Below, in pieces: positions 39,316-48,770 of a DNA stretch of 64,000 nucleotides. The notes below the pieces were generated by a model. That model made no database searches. It saw only the letters and a program-made list of their open reading frames with translations, and was not told where the DNA came from. Every line of letters starts with the position of its first letter. The stretch's first letter is position 1. The DNA is from a virus (Duplodnaviria > Caudoviricetes). The stretch lies in IMG/VR virus record IMGVR_UViG_3300028601_000020; one strand, given 5' to 3'. A program made the translations under genes and the position numbers.

Positions 39316-39406
39316 GGGAGACGCAAATAAGGATAGAGGGTTCTATCGGCTGGCTGTAAACCAGTTCCCTAAGGGCAAGGCGTTCAACTCGACCCGTCTC
39401 CCACCA
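39316..39406 (+). tRNA. non-canonical tRNA-Tyr(GTA)
   Basis: 8-bp acceptor GGGAGACG/CGTCTCCC, GCTGG-CTGTAAA-CCAGT anticodon arm, short bulged T-stem, ACCA end. Confidence 0.75.
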
Positions 39407-39498
39407 TTTTTTCTGTTGACAGTCAAAACAAAATCAGATAATATACTTGTGAAAGTTGATTGAATGAGTTTAAAAATCTCAAACTGTGGGGCACAAAA

Positions 39499-39746
39499 TG
39501 ATTACTTTCTCAAAAAACGAAATTTCTGAAATCGCTAGCCTTATCCGGTCATGTGCTGTGTGGAGCGAAATGGTAAAAAACGGAATAAGGAAGCACTCGA
39601 ATTTTGATGAAAAGACTGAAGAAGGACGTGAAGGTTTGCACAAAAATGTTGAAAAAGTTCGGGAGGCTATGAGGTGGCATGATGCTGATGCCAAAAAGCT
39701 GAATGAAATGTTAGGTGAGGATGCCGTAACTCTTTTTAGATTATAA
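39499..39746 (+). CDS. small early protein
   Basis: ORF after the promoter at 39416. Confidence 0.55.
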
Positions 39747-39956
39747 CTGAGGAAAAAAGATGATTAAAGCAAAATCAGGAAAGTACAAACATGTTTGCTG
39801 GATAATTATTTTTGCCTGTCTGGTGATGGTTGGAAGAGCATCTTTCGTGACGTTCTCTTCTCCATCTGAAACACCGCCGCTTTATTTGAACGGGAGGGTT
39901 GTCATGAAGTAAATTTGTTTGTTCTTCTCCGCAACAAAAGGAGATGAATATAGTAC

Positions 39957-40526
39957 ATGCAAAAATGGAATGAATTTATTGATCTAATTCATTCCCCGGA
40001 TTTCTTAATGACTTTTTCTAATTATGTTGAAGACCACAAAAGGATATATGATCATGTAAAAATCAAAGGGGAAATGTTTGAGGAGATTTTGTATAAATCA
40101 TTAAAAACGTATTCGTCGGGAATTGAATGGAACCCGGGTGGGCATCAAGTTGGGTATGACATAAAGTTTTTTGATATTGGGATTTCTTGTAAGTGTGGTT
40201 CTGTAAAAAGCAACAAACTAATAATTTCAGGTAGCAGAACCACACTACATAAAACAATAAAAGAAAAGATTGATTTTTTGAACAAAAACCATTATGATGT
40301 AATTGTTTCATTTGCAGAAAATAAGAAAAAATATGAATTATATTGCCTTCCTCTTTCTTTCATTGAAATTGGAAAGCCAGAAGATTGGACAGAAACAGAA
40401 AAAGCGTGGGTTTACGAAAATAAAAAAGGGCGTTACAGAATAGCAAAATCCACAAGTGACCAAATGTGGTACAGTTTTTTCATTGAAACGGTTGTTGACA
40501 AAAAAATTTTAATATTAGACATTTGA
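39957..40526 (+). CDS. restriction-endonuclease-like (PD-(D/E)XK) hypothetical protein
   Basis: EMFEE...GYDIKF...ISCK pattern. Confidence 0.45.
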   Translation: MQKWNEFIDLIHSPDFLMTFSNYVEDHKRIYDHVKIKGEMFEEILYKSLKTYSSGIEWNPGGHQVGYDIKFFDIGISCKCGSVKSNKLIISGSRTTLHKTIKEKIDFLNKNHYDVIVSFAENKKKYELYCLPLSFIEIGKPEDWTETEKAWVYENKKGRYRIAKSTSDQMWYSFFIETVVDKKILILDI

Positions 40527-40541
40527 ATAGGAGACTGAAAA

Positions 40542-41015
40542 ATGATACTTTTTACTTGCCTTCCTCATTCTTGGGTTGATGTTATCACGAACAGTTCATC
40601 GGAACTGTTTACTTGTCGTGGTGAGTCAAAAGAAAGAATTGAAGAGCTAATTAAGAATGTGTATCCTGATTATTGGAAAGAATACGAACCAGTCAAAAGC
40701 ATTGACGAATTGACAGCAGCCGATTTGTATACTTATATTTCTTATAGATATGAACGTTGGTCAAACTCTGCTCAAAAATTTATCCGTGACACTCCTTGTG
40801 GTATTTCAAAAGATGATTTTTGGGTTACAAAAAAGTCTGGTATTAATGAATATACCACTCTCAATGAAGATTATGTGATTGAGAATAAAGAAAAGATTAT
40901 TGATGCAATTGATCCTAATCGGGAAATGTTTTTCTTGTTTTCTCTTGATAGTAACCCTAATTATGAAAAACAAGAATTGCTCTGTATGTTTATGGATCGT
41001 TATCATTTGGGGTAA
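40542..41015 (+). CDS. DVITNSSS-motif protein
   Basis: HSWVDVITNSSSELF near the N-terminus. Confidence 0.7.
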   Translation: MILFTCLPHSWVDVITNSSSELFTCRGESKERIEELIKNVYPDYWKEYEPVKSIDELTAADLYTYISYRYERWSNSAQKFIRDTPCGISKDDFWVTKKSGINEYTTLNEDYVIENKEKIIDAIDPNREMFFLFSLDSNPNYEKQELLCMFMDRYHLG

Positions 41016-41024
41016 AAAGACAAA

Positions 41025-41100
41025 TCCCGTATAGCTCAACGGTTAGAGTCGCCCGCTCATGACGGGTCGGTTACAGGTTCGAGTCCTGTTGCGGGAACCA
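41025..41100 (+). tRNA. tRNA with CAT anticodon (Met or Ile2)
   Basis: Cloverleaf, GCCCG-CTCATGA-CGGGT, GGTTCGAGTCC, CCA. Confidence 0.9.
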
Positions 41101-41108
41101 TTAAATGT

Positions 41109-41185
41109 CTCTCATTAGTTCAGTCTGGTAGAACACCTGCTTTGGGAGCAGGGGGTCGGCGGTTCAAATCCGTCATGGGAGACCA
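41109..41185 (+). tRNA. tRNA-Pro(TGG)
   Basis: CCTGC-TTTGGGA-GCAGG, GGTTCAAATCC, CCA. Confidence 0.93.
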
Positions 41186-41360
41186 TTTATTTTGGTACTA
41201 AAATGAAAAGCACAAAGAAGAAACTAAAAGAACTTGATGATATGATTCATCGTTTAAAAAATGTTGCAGACAAATATCCAGAAATGGATTGGTTTCTTCT
41301 TAGACAACTAAAAAGAGATCGGGATTTAGTGGCATCTACAATAGGCAAAAAGGAGAAAAA

Positions 41361-42275
41361 ATGAGGGTCGTCAACCATGAAGTTCAAGAAATCGTTGAAG
41401 TTCCAGACGATTTTGAAGAAATGCTCCGACATATTGAAAAAGTTGGAAGAATTTGTTATCAGTCACAAGAGAGAATTACAGAAGATTCAGCAGAAAAATT
41501 TGTCAAAATGCTTTTTCGCCGGGGTCATTGGGCAATGCTTGAGCATTCTTGGCTTGTATTCACTTCGTATCCTCTTGATTGGGACCAATGGCACCAGCTT
41601 TATGAGTTGACTGATAGCCGATTTTTACAAGTTCTAGTTGATGACAGAGATGAAAGAATTCCTATTATATGTGGAAATTGGCGGGCTTGGTTTGAGCAAA
41701 TTATCGGACCGGCAAAAGACAACAAAAACAAATTTGAACTTTTCAAACAATTGCCAGATATTATTAAGGATCTTTTTTCAGTGTATGACATTACGCTTGA
41801 TCGGGTTCATTTGAACGAAGTTGAAGATCCGTACCTTTACCCGAAAGCATACACTGCAACGTTTTTGACTGATCGTGCTGTTACTCATGAAATGGTAAGG
41901 CATCGGCCATGTGCTTTTGCTCAAAAGTCGCAACGTTTTTGCGCTGATCGTGAATATCTTGAATTTGTTGCTCCTTATTATCTTGATTTGACTTCTGACT
42001 CTTCAACTGGTGTGTCCACGTGGACGTGCCTAATGAACAGGATTGAAGAGGATTATCATTTTGCATTGCGAAATGGGCAGACAGCGCAAGAGGCACGTTC
42101 TATGCTTCCTAATTGCACTGCAACACAGATTGCGATGACCGCAGATAGTGTAGAATGGGAACATGTGTTTGATATGAGATGTGCATCGGATGCATATCCA
42201 CCAATCAGAAAACTTATGAGAGAAGTCAAAGAAACATTCAAGCACCGTGGATACATAAAGGACGAACAAAAATGA
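41361..42275 (+). CDS. thyX: FAD-dependent thymidylate synthase
   Basis: GRICYQS, GHWAMLEH, THEMVRHR...QKSQRF, EARSMLPN. Confidence 0.92.
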   Translation: MRVVNHEVQEIVEVPDDFEEMLRHIEKVGRICYQSQERITEDSAEKFVKMLFRRGHWAMLEHSWLVFTSYPLDWDQWHQLYELTDSRFLQVLVDDRDERIPIICGNWRAWFEQIIGPAKDNKNKFELFKQLPDIIKDLFSVYDITLDRVHLNEVEDPYLYPKAYTATFLTDRAVTHEMVRHRPCAFAQKSQRFCADREYLEFVAPYYLDLTSDSSTGVSTWTCLMNRIEEDYHFALRNGQTAQEARSMLPNCTATQIAMTADSVEWEHVFDMRCASDAYPPIRKLMREVKETFKHRGYIKDEQK

Positions 42276-42640
42276 AAAAATATATCTTGCATCAAAACGG
42301 AGGATTTGTTTAAGTTATTCACCTTAAAAACAAAGGGAGGCTTAAACAAAATGAAGTCTGTTACATTGATGGCAACGACAATTGATTCTAAGATTTACAA
42401 CCGGGCAAGAAAATTTTATCTTGAAAGTATGGGAGAAATTTCTTGTGCTTTTTGTCCTTATCATGATGGAGAGAATTGGCGTCGGCATCGGAAATCAAAA
42501 TGCTGGAAGCGTTTTCGCAAGACTCAATACAAAACTAAATAAGGAAACTTCCCGGGCACCTCTCAAAGCATGAAGTGCAAACCCGACTTGAATTGACAAG
42601 TATCGCCGTTAGGACGCTAACGGAATGGGTATTTAAAAAA

Positions 42641-42728
42641 GCTCGGTATCCCCACCATGGTCTTCTAAACCATTCACGTTAAAAAAGTGGGAAGGAGTGG
42701 AGAGGTTCAATTCCTCTACCGAGTTCCA
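42641..42728 (+). tRNA. D-armless tRNA-Arg(TCT)-like RNA
   Basis: GCTCGGT/ACCGAGT acceptor, ATGGT-CTTCTAA-ACCAT, AGAGG-TTCAATT-CCTCT, CCA; D region CCCAC can pair with GTGGG. Confidence 0.7.
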
Positions 42729-43450
42729 ACGTCTTTCTTTTTCTTGGTGTTAATTATATTTTTTTCTGTTATCAGCCCAAATTTTTTGAAACGAGTGTGC
42801 AAATTAACAAAACTATACGGATATTTTATTTTTTTACAAAAATCAACATAAGAGAGGTTTGAATTTCTAAAATCAGTGTATAAAGAAATTATATGTTCTT
42901 TCTCTTTTTGAGTTTTCTTTTGCAGTTCTTTTTGTGTTTTGTGTTTTTCTGAATATAAACTTTTATTTTTTTGAATGAATTTTTGAATATCAACTATTCT
43001 TCCTTTTTCGCAACCATTGTCTAAATATGTCTGAAGATCGGATTTTTGAACTTTTCTTGAAATAAGAGTATAAGGACAGTAAATCCATGTTGTGCCGTAT
43101 TGAGAGTTGTTAGATCCTTGTTGGAGAACTGACATGGATTCGGCAAAAAGTTTTCTGTGTTTTTCGTAAAGGTGAGAATTCCAGTATCTTTCTTGATTGC
43201 CACTTGCTGAATTCATCATGTTAAATGCTTTAATGAGTTTCCAAAATTTGGGGGATTTTGTTGGAACCATTTTAATTAAAAGATAATGACAAAGAAAATG
43301 TTTTCGTGCTGTAAGAGAAACGATGTTGGTGGTATCGTCGGAACCGCCCATACATCTTGGAATGATATGATGGTTTTCAGTATAACCACTTGAATCGGAA
43401 GATGAAGTCAGTTTGAAATAAAGTTTTGTGTATTTGTTTTTTAGAAACAT
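42716..43450 (-). CDS. HNH homing endonuclease (Mob-like)
   Basis: ENHHIIPRCMGGSDDTTNIVSLTARKHFLCH; minus-strand TATAAATA upstream. Confidence 0.88.
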   Translation of the reverse strand: MFLKNKYTKLYFKLTSSSDSSGYTENHHIIPRCMGGSDDTTNIVSLTARKHFLCHYLLIKMVPTKSPKFWKLIKAFNMMNSASGNQERYWNSHLYEKHRKLFAESMSVLQQGSNNSQYGTTWIYCPYTLISRKVQKSDLQTYLDNGCEKGRIVDIQKFIQKNKSLYSEKHKTQKELQKKTQKEKEHIISLYTDFRNSNLSYVDFCKKIKYPYSFVNLHTRFKKFGLITEKNIINTKKKKDVGTR

Positions 43451-43502
43451 GATGGTGTTTTAACCGTTAAATTTTAGTTTATATTATTATTTATATTTTT
43501 AA

Positions 43503-43522
43503 AATTTCCGGCCGGAGCACCA
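43503..43522 (+). pseudogene. orphan 3' end of a tRNA
   Basis: AATTTCCGG-CCGGAGC-A-CCA followed by a T-rich tract, at the endonuclease boundary. Confidence 0.55.
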
Positions 43523-43618
43523 TTTTCTTTCTCTTTTTTGTTGACGCGGATTTAAAAAGAATGTATTGTGTTTGTGAAAGTTAAGCGAAGTTCAAAACAA
43601 TTTTTATGGAGGTTGATC

Positions 43619-43960
43619 ATGTCTTACATTTCTGAAGAAAGCAAAGCGAAAATTGTTGAAATCGTTACCAAGAAAGGCAAGGGTCTTCGGGCGACGAAAC
43701 CGAAGACTGTTGATAATGATACGGGCCGCGCTGCATACATTTGGCGATATGTTGCTTTCTGTGTTTCGCCAAAATCAATTCATCATTGTCTGCCAATGAT
43801 GGCATTTTGCTATCTGTCAAATGAAGATTTCAAGATTGCTCAGGACGACAAAAAGTTTTATGATGAACTTCATGCCATTGTAAATGAGATTGTTGATTCT
43901 TTCCCGAAAGAATCGTGGCATGGTGTTCGTCGTTGGGGCACTGTTCTTGGTCGGATTTAA
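43619..43960 (+). CDS. early hypothetical protein
   Basis: GGAGG RBS; promoter at 43541. Confidence 0.65.
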   Translation: MSYISEESKAKIVEIVTKKGKGLRATKPKTVDNDTGRAAYIWRYVAFCVSPKSIHHCLPMMAFCYLSNEDFKIAQDDKKFYDELHAIVNEIVDSFPKESWHGVRRWGTVLGRI

Positions 43961-43968
43961 TTAAAAGA

Positions 43969-44042
43969 GCGGGTATCGTATAATGGTAATACTTCTGACT
44001 TCCAATCAGATAATCTCGGTTCAATTCCGGGTACCCGCTCCA
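43969..44042 (+). tRNA. tRNA-Gly(TCC)
   Basis: GCGGGTA/TACCCGC acceptor, TCTGA-CTTCCAA-TCAGA, U discriminator, CCA. Confidence 0.95.
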
Positions 44043-44063
44043 AATTTTTAAGGAATCAAGACG

Positions 44064-44570
44064 ATGCAAACAGTTCTTGTCTTAAATGGTGATTATTCTT
44101 TCCTTAGTGTTGTTTCACTGAAAAAAGCAATGCAGTATATTATTAAAGGAAAGGTGCAAGTTGAAAAATATCTTGAATCCACTATCTGTTCAGCGACAGA
44201 AACTTTTCAGATTCCTTTAGTTGTTCGTTTTGTTAAATTCATCCGGCAAATGTATAAAAAGAAAGTTCCATGGAGCAAGAAAAATGTACTTCTTCGGGAT
44301 GATGGTGTTTGTCAGTATTGTGGACAGACCGAAGGAGTAATGACAGTTGATCACGTCATTCCGAAATCACGAGGAGGACGAAATTCTTTTGAAAATGCTG
44401 TCTGTTCTTGTTTTCATTGCAATAATAAAAAAGGTGATCGGCTTCCATCCGAGGCAAATATGTTCTTGACAAAGAAGCCCATCCATCCTACAATAGCGGA
44501 GTTCACTCAAAAAGTATTGAAGAAATCAAACATTGAAAATATTTTCAAAACATGGTTCGGTGAAAATTAA
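44064..44570 (+). CDS. HNH endonuclease (McrA-like)
   Basis: VLVLNGDY, RDDGVCQYCG, TVDHVIPKSRGG, CFHCNNKK. Confidence 0.9.
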   Translation: MQTVLVLNGDYSFLSVVSLKKAMQYIIKGKVQVEKYLESTICSATETFQIPLVVRFVKFIRQMYKKKVPWSKKNVLLRDDGVCQYCGQTEGVMTVDHVIPKSRGGRNSFENAVCSCFHCNNKKGDRLPSEANMFLTKKPIHPTIAEFTQKVLKKSNIENIFKTWFGEN

Positions 44571-44748
44571 ATGAAACCTTACTTGACACAATATTGGAAT
44601 AAGTGTACAGTGTGTGGAAGATTCATTCCGTTTGAAGACTTTAATGATAAGAAAGCATTTTCAAAATTGGTTTCGCCTGATTCTGCATTTAGTGTTGAAC
44701 GGATTGAGTATTTTTGTAAAAAATGTGCTATTAAGGAGAAAAACGAAA

Positions 44749-44991
44749 ATGAGTGTTGACCATTATACCACTGAAATGCGTTTACTGGTTCATAATGATA
44801 ATACCGGAGATTATGTCATTGTAAAAGAAGATCCTGATGGTCTTGACATGGTAGGTATATCTTATGTTGACGGAGAAGGAAGCAAAGCAGAACGATTTCC
44901 TTTTATGGACATTGAAATGGCAGAAATTGTTGCCAGAAATATTCTTCAGGTTTGCGCGTTTGTTAAAAATAGGAAGTTAAAGGATGCATAA
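44749..44991 (+). CDS. hypothetical protein
   Basis: MSVDHY...EDPDGLDMV; AGGAG upstream. Confidence 0.55.
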   Translation: MSVDHYTTEMRLLVHNDNTGDYVIVKEDPDGLDMVGISYVDGEGSKAERFPFMDIEMAEIVARNILQVCAFVKNRKLKDA

Positions 44992-45175
44992 ACTTTCAAA
45001 ACGACTAAGAGAAGGAGTTGAAGCCGCGCCATGGGTAATTGAAGAAATTAAAAAACTCGAACAAGAATTAAACGATGCTTATCTTGAAATGTATAAACTT
45101 CGTTTAAAGTTTCTTAGTGACAAAGAAATCCACATTGAAGCGAAAAGGAGACATGACGAATGGTGCAAACAATAA
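44984..45175 (+). CDS. small hypothetical protein
   Basis: LSKRLREGVEAAPWVIEEIKKLE. Confidence 0.6.
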   Translation: MHKLSKRLREGVEAAPWVIEEIKKLEQELNDAYLEMYKLRLKFLSDKEIHIEAKRRHDEWCKQ

Positions 45176-45636
45176 AGATTCATTCAGTTGTAGATGTTAT
45201 AACTAATAGTTCTTCAGTGATTTATACTTATTCTGACAATGCTGTTAAACCACTAAAAGAACTTTTCACCGAAATTTTTAAGCTGCTTGGCGATCCTCAA
45301 CACGTTGATGATGTTTTTGATATCGTAGCCATACCAGATGACGATGTTTTGTATGATCATTTTATTAATTTTGTTGAAGATTTGGATCCTGAATGGCCTT
45401 TTTATGAAAGATACAAAAAAATCAGTGAAATGTCTCCTTCTTCAAGACAAGATTCTGAATTGGTGAATCTTTTTGTTGAAAAATATAAACGAGGAATCAA
45501 AGAAGATTGGATGGATGTTGGCGAAGATAGTGGTACCAAGTTGAAAATTTTCGTCAAAGATGAAAAATATAATGAACTGGCGAATAAAGCAATTAAGTTT
45601 CTTTATTCAACCCAACACGAATCTATTTATAATTAA
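45160..45636 (+). CDS. DVITNSSS-motif protein
   Basis: HSVVDVITNSSSVIY near the N-terminus; directly upstream of the radical SAM gene. Confidence 0.7.
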   Translation: MVQTIKIHSVVDVITNSSSVIYTYSDNAVKPLKELFTEIFKLLGDPQHVDDVFDIVAIPDDDVLYDHFINFVEDLDPEWPFYERYKKISEMSPSSRQDSELVNLFVEKYKRGIKEDWMDVGEDSGTKLKIFVKDEKYNELANKAIKFLYSTQHESIYN

Positions 45637-45650
45637 TTTTGAGGAGTAAT

Positions 45651-46514
45651 ATGAAATCCCGTTCGTTTTCTGAAAGTAATTACAAAGCAATGTTTGTTGG
45701 TGGCAAAACTTTCCGTTTCGCAATCAATCCTGATAAACCGATTTCGCCGCTTGAATATCCTGAATTTTCTGATGTGAAAATCACTTCGTTCTGTATGGGT
45801 CAGTGTTCTTATTGTTATCAAGACAGTGACCTTGAATCTTCTCATTCTGATAAACTGCTTGAAAAGATCAAAGATTTTTATGGGCCTATGACACAGAACC
45901 AAAGACCTTTTCAGGTTGCAATTGGTGGAGGCGAGCCGACTTCTCATCCTGATTTTGTGAAAGTGCTTGAACTGTTTGCTTCTCTTGGAATTGTTCCTAA
46001 CTACACAACAAACGGAATGTTTGCTCTGAACATGCCTTATGATGAACGAGAAACCTTGTATAATATGACAAAGAAGGTTTCTGGTGGTGTTGCTGTTTCT
46101 TGTCATGATCATTTGGAGATGTATTGGAAATTCGCCGTTGAACGTTTCGTTGAACGAAATATTAAAACAAATCTTCATATCATTATTTCTGATGAAAAGA
46201 GCGTGATTCAATTCAGAGAAATTTATGATGAATACAAAGACTCTGTTGATCATTTTGTCTTGCTGCCTTATCAGGTTATGGGAAGAGCAACACAGAAAAC
46301 AATTGATTATGAAGCATTGAAACGTCATTCTCCAGAAAACACAGATAAGATTGCATTCGGAGCAGACTTTTATCCTTATCTTGTTTCTGATCCGGGTCCA
46401 TTTAATGTTTCTCTTTATGAGCCTGAGATTTTTTCGTCTTATATTGATTTCACGTTTGACGAACCTAAGGTGTTTTATTCATCTTTTGACTTACGGGAAA
46501 AGGTTTTTGCTTAA
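45651..46514 (+). CDS. radical SAM protein
   Basis: CMGQCSYC (CxxxCxxC), QVAIGGGEPTSHPDF, NYTTNG. Confidence 0.92.
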   Translation: MKSRSFSESNYKAMFVGGKTFRFAINPDKPISPLEYPEFSDVKITSFCMGQCSYCYQDSDLESSHSDKLLEKIKDFYGPMTQNQRPFQVAIGGGEPTSHPDFVKVLELFASLGIVPNYTTNGMFALNMPYDERETLYNMTKKVSGGVAVSCHDHLEMYWKFAVERFVERNIKTNLHIIISDEKSVIQFREIYDEYKDSVDHFVLLPYQVMGRATQKTIDYEALKRHSPENTDKIAFGADFYPYLVSDPGPFNVSLYEPEIFSSYIDFTFDEPKVFYSSFDLREKVFA

Positions 46515-46520
46515 TAAAAT

Positions 46521-46599
46521 CTCCGGGTAGCCCAACTGGCAGGAGGCAAGGGACTTAAAATCCCTTAAGTGATGGGTTCAAATCCCTCCCCGGAGACCA
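46521..46599 (+). tRNA. tRNA-Leu(TAA), short variable region
   Basis: CTCCGGG/CCCGGAG acceptor, AGGGA-CTTAAAA-TCCCT, CCA. Confidence 0.9.
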
Positions 46600-46686
46600 A
46601 CAAATAAAAAGAGAAGAAGGTCAAAATGTCTTGACTGACTTCTCTTTTTTCGTTATTATGAAAATAAAAAACAACCGGAGAATATA

Positions 46687-47538
46687 ATGGAAGAGAAAAA
46701 GATTATTAATGTTACGATCAAAGACCCGCGGAAAAACATGTTTGCAGCCAAGAATGGCCGTCAATCCGTTATGATTTTGCGATGTTCTCATTCTGATAAT
46801 TGCGATATCTTTAAGAAAAAACAGTGCATCCGTCTTGAAATATTCAAGCATTTTTGTCCTTATGGTGATTATGAAGTAATTGAGGGATTTACACCAAGAG
46901 CAAAAAATTATGTCAAGTTTTTGAATGACGCAAAAGAAAAGTATTCTGAATACGTCAATCAATTGACTTGTATTTCAAAGGTAGGGTTTGAAAATGTTGG
47001 TGATTATGTTTATGTTCCTTATTCGTTCGTTCATCTTATTCCTGGAATGGACAAATATTTTCTTTCTGTTGGCCACATGTTTATGTCTGAACGACCGTTT
47101 GTCAAAAAAGAAGACTTCACGGTTGAATTCGTTCGTATGCTGATTAAAGGCAAACCAATAGCATATTTGGGTGATTTGATTACTGCTTATCAAAAAGAAG
47201 AGGTTCCAAAAATTGTTTATGATCTAAAATTGTTTTCTCCTGATCTTTATGAACAGATCAAAGACGAAGTTCAGACAAATCAAATGTTCAATCCAATCGG
47301 CAAAAAAGCCTTGCTTAAAACCCTTTCTCCGTGTACAATTGTGAAAGGAGAAGGCAAAAGTTTTGAAAGTACATGGGAATGGGATGGAGAAAGAATGCAT
47401 TATCAAAGTGGATTTATTTCATTGCCAACTAATGCTTTTCCTGAAACGGTTTCTTGTTCTTATGTTCCTTCTGACAAAGAGGAAGAAATAGTTTCTTCTC
47501 TTGACCAAGTGAACGAGAATACAAAATATGTTTGGTAG
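46687..47538 (+). CDS. hypothetical phage protein
   Basis: 283-aa ORF with GGAG RBS. Confidence 0.7.
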   Translation: MEEKKIINVTIKDPRKNMFAAKNGRQSVMILRCSHSDNCDIFKKKQCIRLEIFKHFCPYGDYEVIEGFTPRAKNYVKFLNDAKEKYSEYVNQLTCISKVGFENVGDYVYVPYSFVHLIPGMDKYFLSVGHMFMSERPFVKKEDFTVEFVRMLIKGKPIAYLGDLITAYQKEEVPKIVYDLKLFSPDLYEQIKDEVQTNQMFNPIGKKALLKTLSPCTIVKGEGKSFESTWEWDGERMHYQSGFISLPTNAFPETVSCSYVPSDKEEEIVSSLDQVNENTKYVW

Positions 47539-47660
47539 TGCTTTTCTTTGCTCTAGGATTAACGAGGATTGTCTGTGTTCAAGATTTGAAAGATTTTGAT
47601 ATCAGTGTATGCATCCAATAGAAAATTGATTACAAGCGATTTTAACATGAAAGGAGAAAA

Positions 47661-47850
47661 AATGAAGATGCCGAAATTTTATACCATTGAAATAAAAAAG
47701 GCGAATGCGTATGATCACATTAGTTTTCGGTTCAGGAGTTTGTATAATGGTATGGTAGGAACTTCAAATGAAAATATTGATGATGCAATATTAGAAGGAG
47801 AGGCCCATGAAAAGATTGTTCGTTTCTTGCATGGAAAAACAAATTGCTGA
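47661..47850 (+). CDS. small hypothetical protein
   Basis: AAGGAGAAAAAATG start. Confidence 0.5.
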
Positions 47851-47984
47851 TTCATTTGTAAAAAAATGTTCTAATTGTGGTTCAAGAAATGCTTGCTGTG
47901 ATATTAACGATGATTTGAAACCTTGCGAATATTGGTATTACGGAAATGGATATGGAAGTTCAATTTCAATGAAGGAGATGTAAA

Positions 47985-48695
47985 GTGGCGAAAAAAACAC
48001 TGAAAGACATTGGTATTAACGGAGTGTTTGCATTGTCCAGCAAGAACAAAGGACGATTGCTTCACCAAATTCTTAAAAATAAACTTGAGGTTCAATCAGA
48101 GTGGCTTAAAGACAACACCGTTGAACTTGGTGTTGAATTGATGGAATATTATTTGCCAGCAGAAGACAGGCAAACAATCATTCGGTGTTTTAACAAATTC
48201 AAAGAAAAAACAAAGCGACAAAGCACGGATCGCCACGAACCAATGTATGATGTTTTTTCTTCTACGAACAAGTTTTATCTTTATGTTGATGATAATTTAA
48301 ACCAAAGTGTTGGTATTGGTAACCCCTGTCAAATTGGATTTGAAACAGAGGAAGATGCATGGGGACGACGGTGGGAATCCCCTTATGTTGAATATTTTAA
48401 ATGGATGTCACGGTCAAAAAACGTTCATGATTTGCCGGAAAAACTCAAAAGAGAGGTTTTGCGATTTTATGAACACGAAAAGCATTTTGAAAGACAGCGG
48501 AAAGAAATTACCGATAACTTCCGCAAAGCAACGAATAACGTCAAATCTGTTTTTGAACTATGCGACCGAATCCCGCAAATGGTAGAAATTATCAACCAAG
48601 TTCTAGGGAAACCAAAATATGAGCCGAAAGTAAAGGCAAACTGTTCTGATGTTCTTGATGTTGACGCAGCGAAAAGGCTTTCCGATTTGCTCTAA
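47985..48695 (+). CDS. hypothetical protein
   Basis: 236-aa ORF, AGGAG + GTG. Confidence 0.65.
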   Translation: MAKKTLKDIGINGVFALSSKNKGRLLHQILKNKLEVQSEWLKDNTVELGVELMEYYLPAEDRQTIIRCFNKFKEKTKRQSTDRHEPMYDVFSSTNKFYLYVDDNLNQSVGIGNPCQIGFETEEDAWGRRWESPYVEYFKWMSRSKNVHDLPEKLKREVLRFYEHEKHFERQRKEITDNFRKATNNVKSVFELCDRIPQMVEIINQVLGKPKYEPKVKANCSDVLDVDAAKRLSDLL

Positions 48696-48770
48696 GTAGA
48701 TCAAAAGCATTGACAACGAATGGGTATGATGATATGTTTCATCATGCCCATTTTATTTTAAGGAGAACGA

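Noticed and set aside
42655-42675. Amber suppressor (CTA) anticodon implying genome recoding
   Set aside because: The 7-nt loop CTTCTAA centres on TCT, and core genes read intact in the standard code
45633-46328. 231-aa minus-strand ORF
   Set aside because: Antisense to the radical SAM gene
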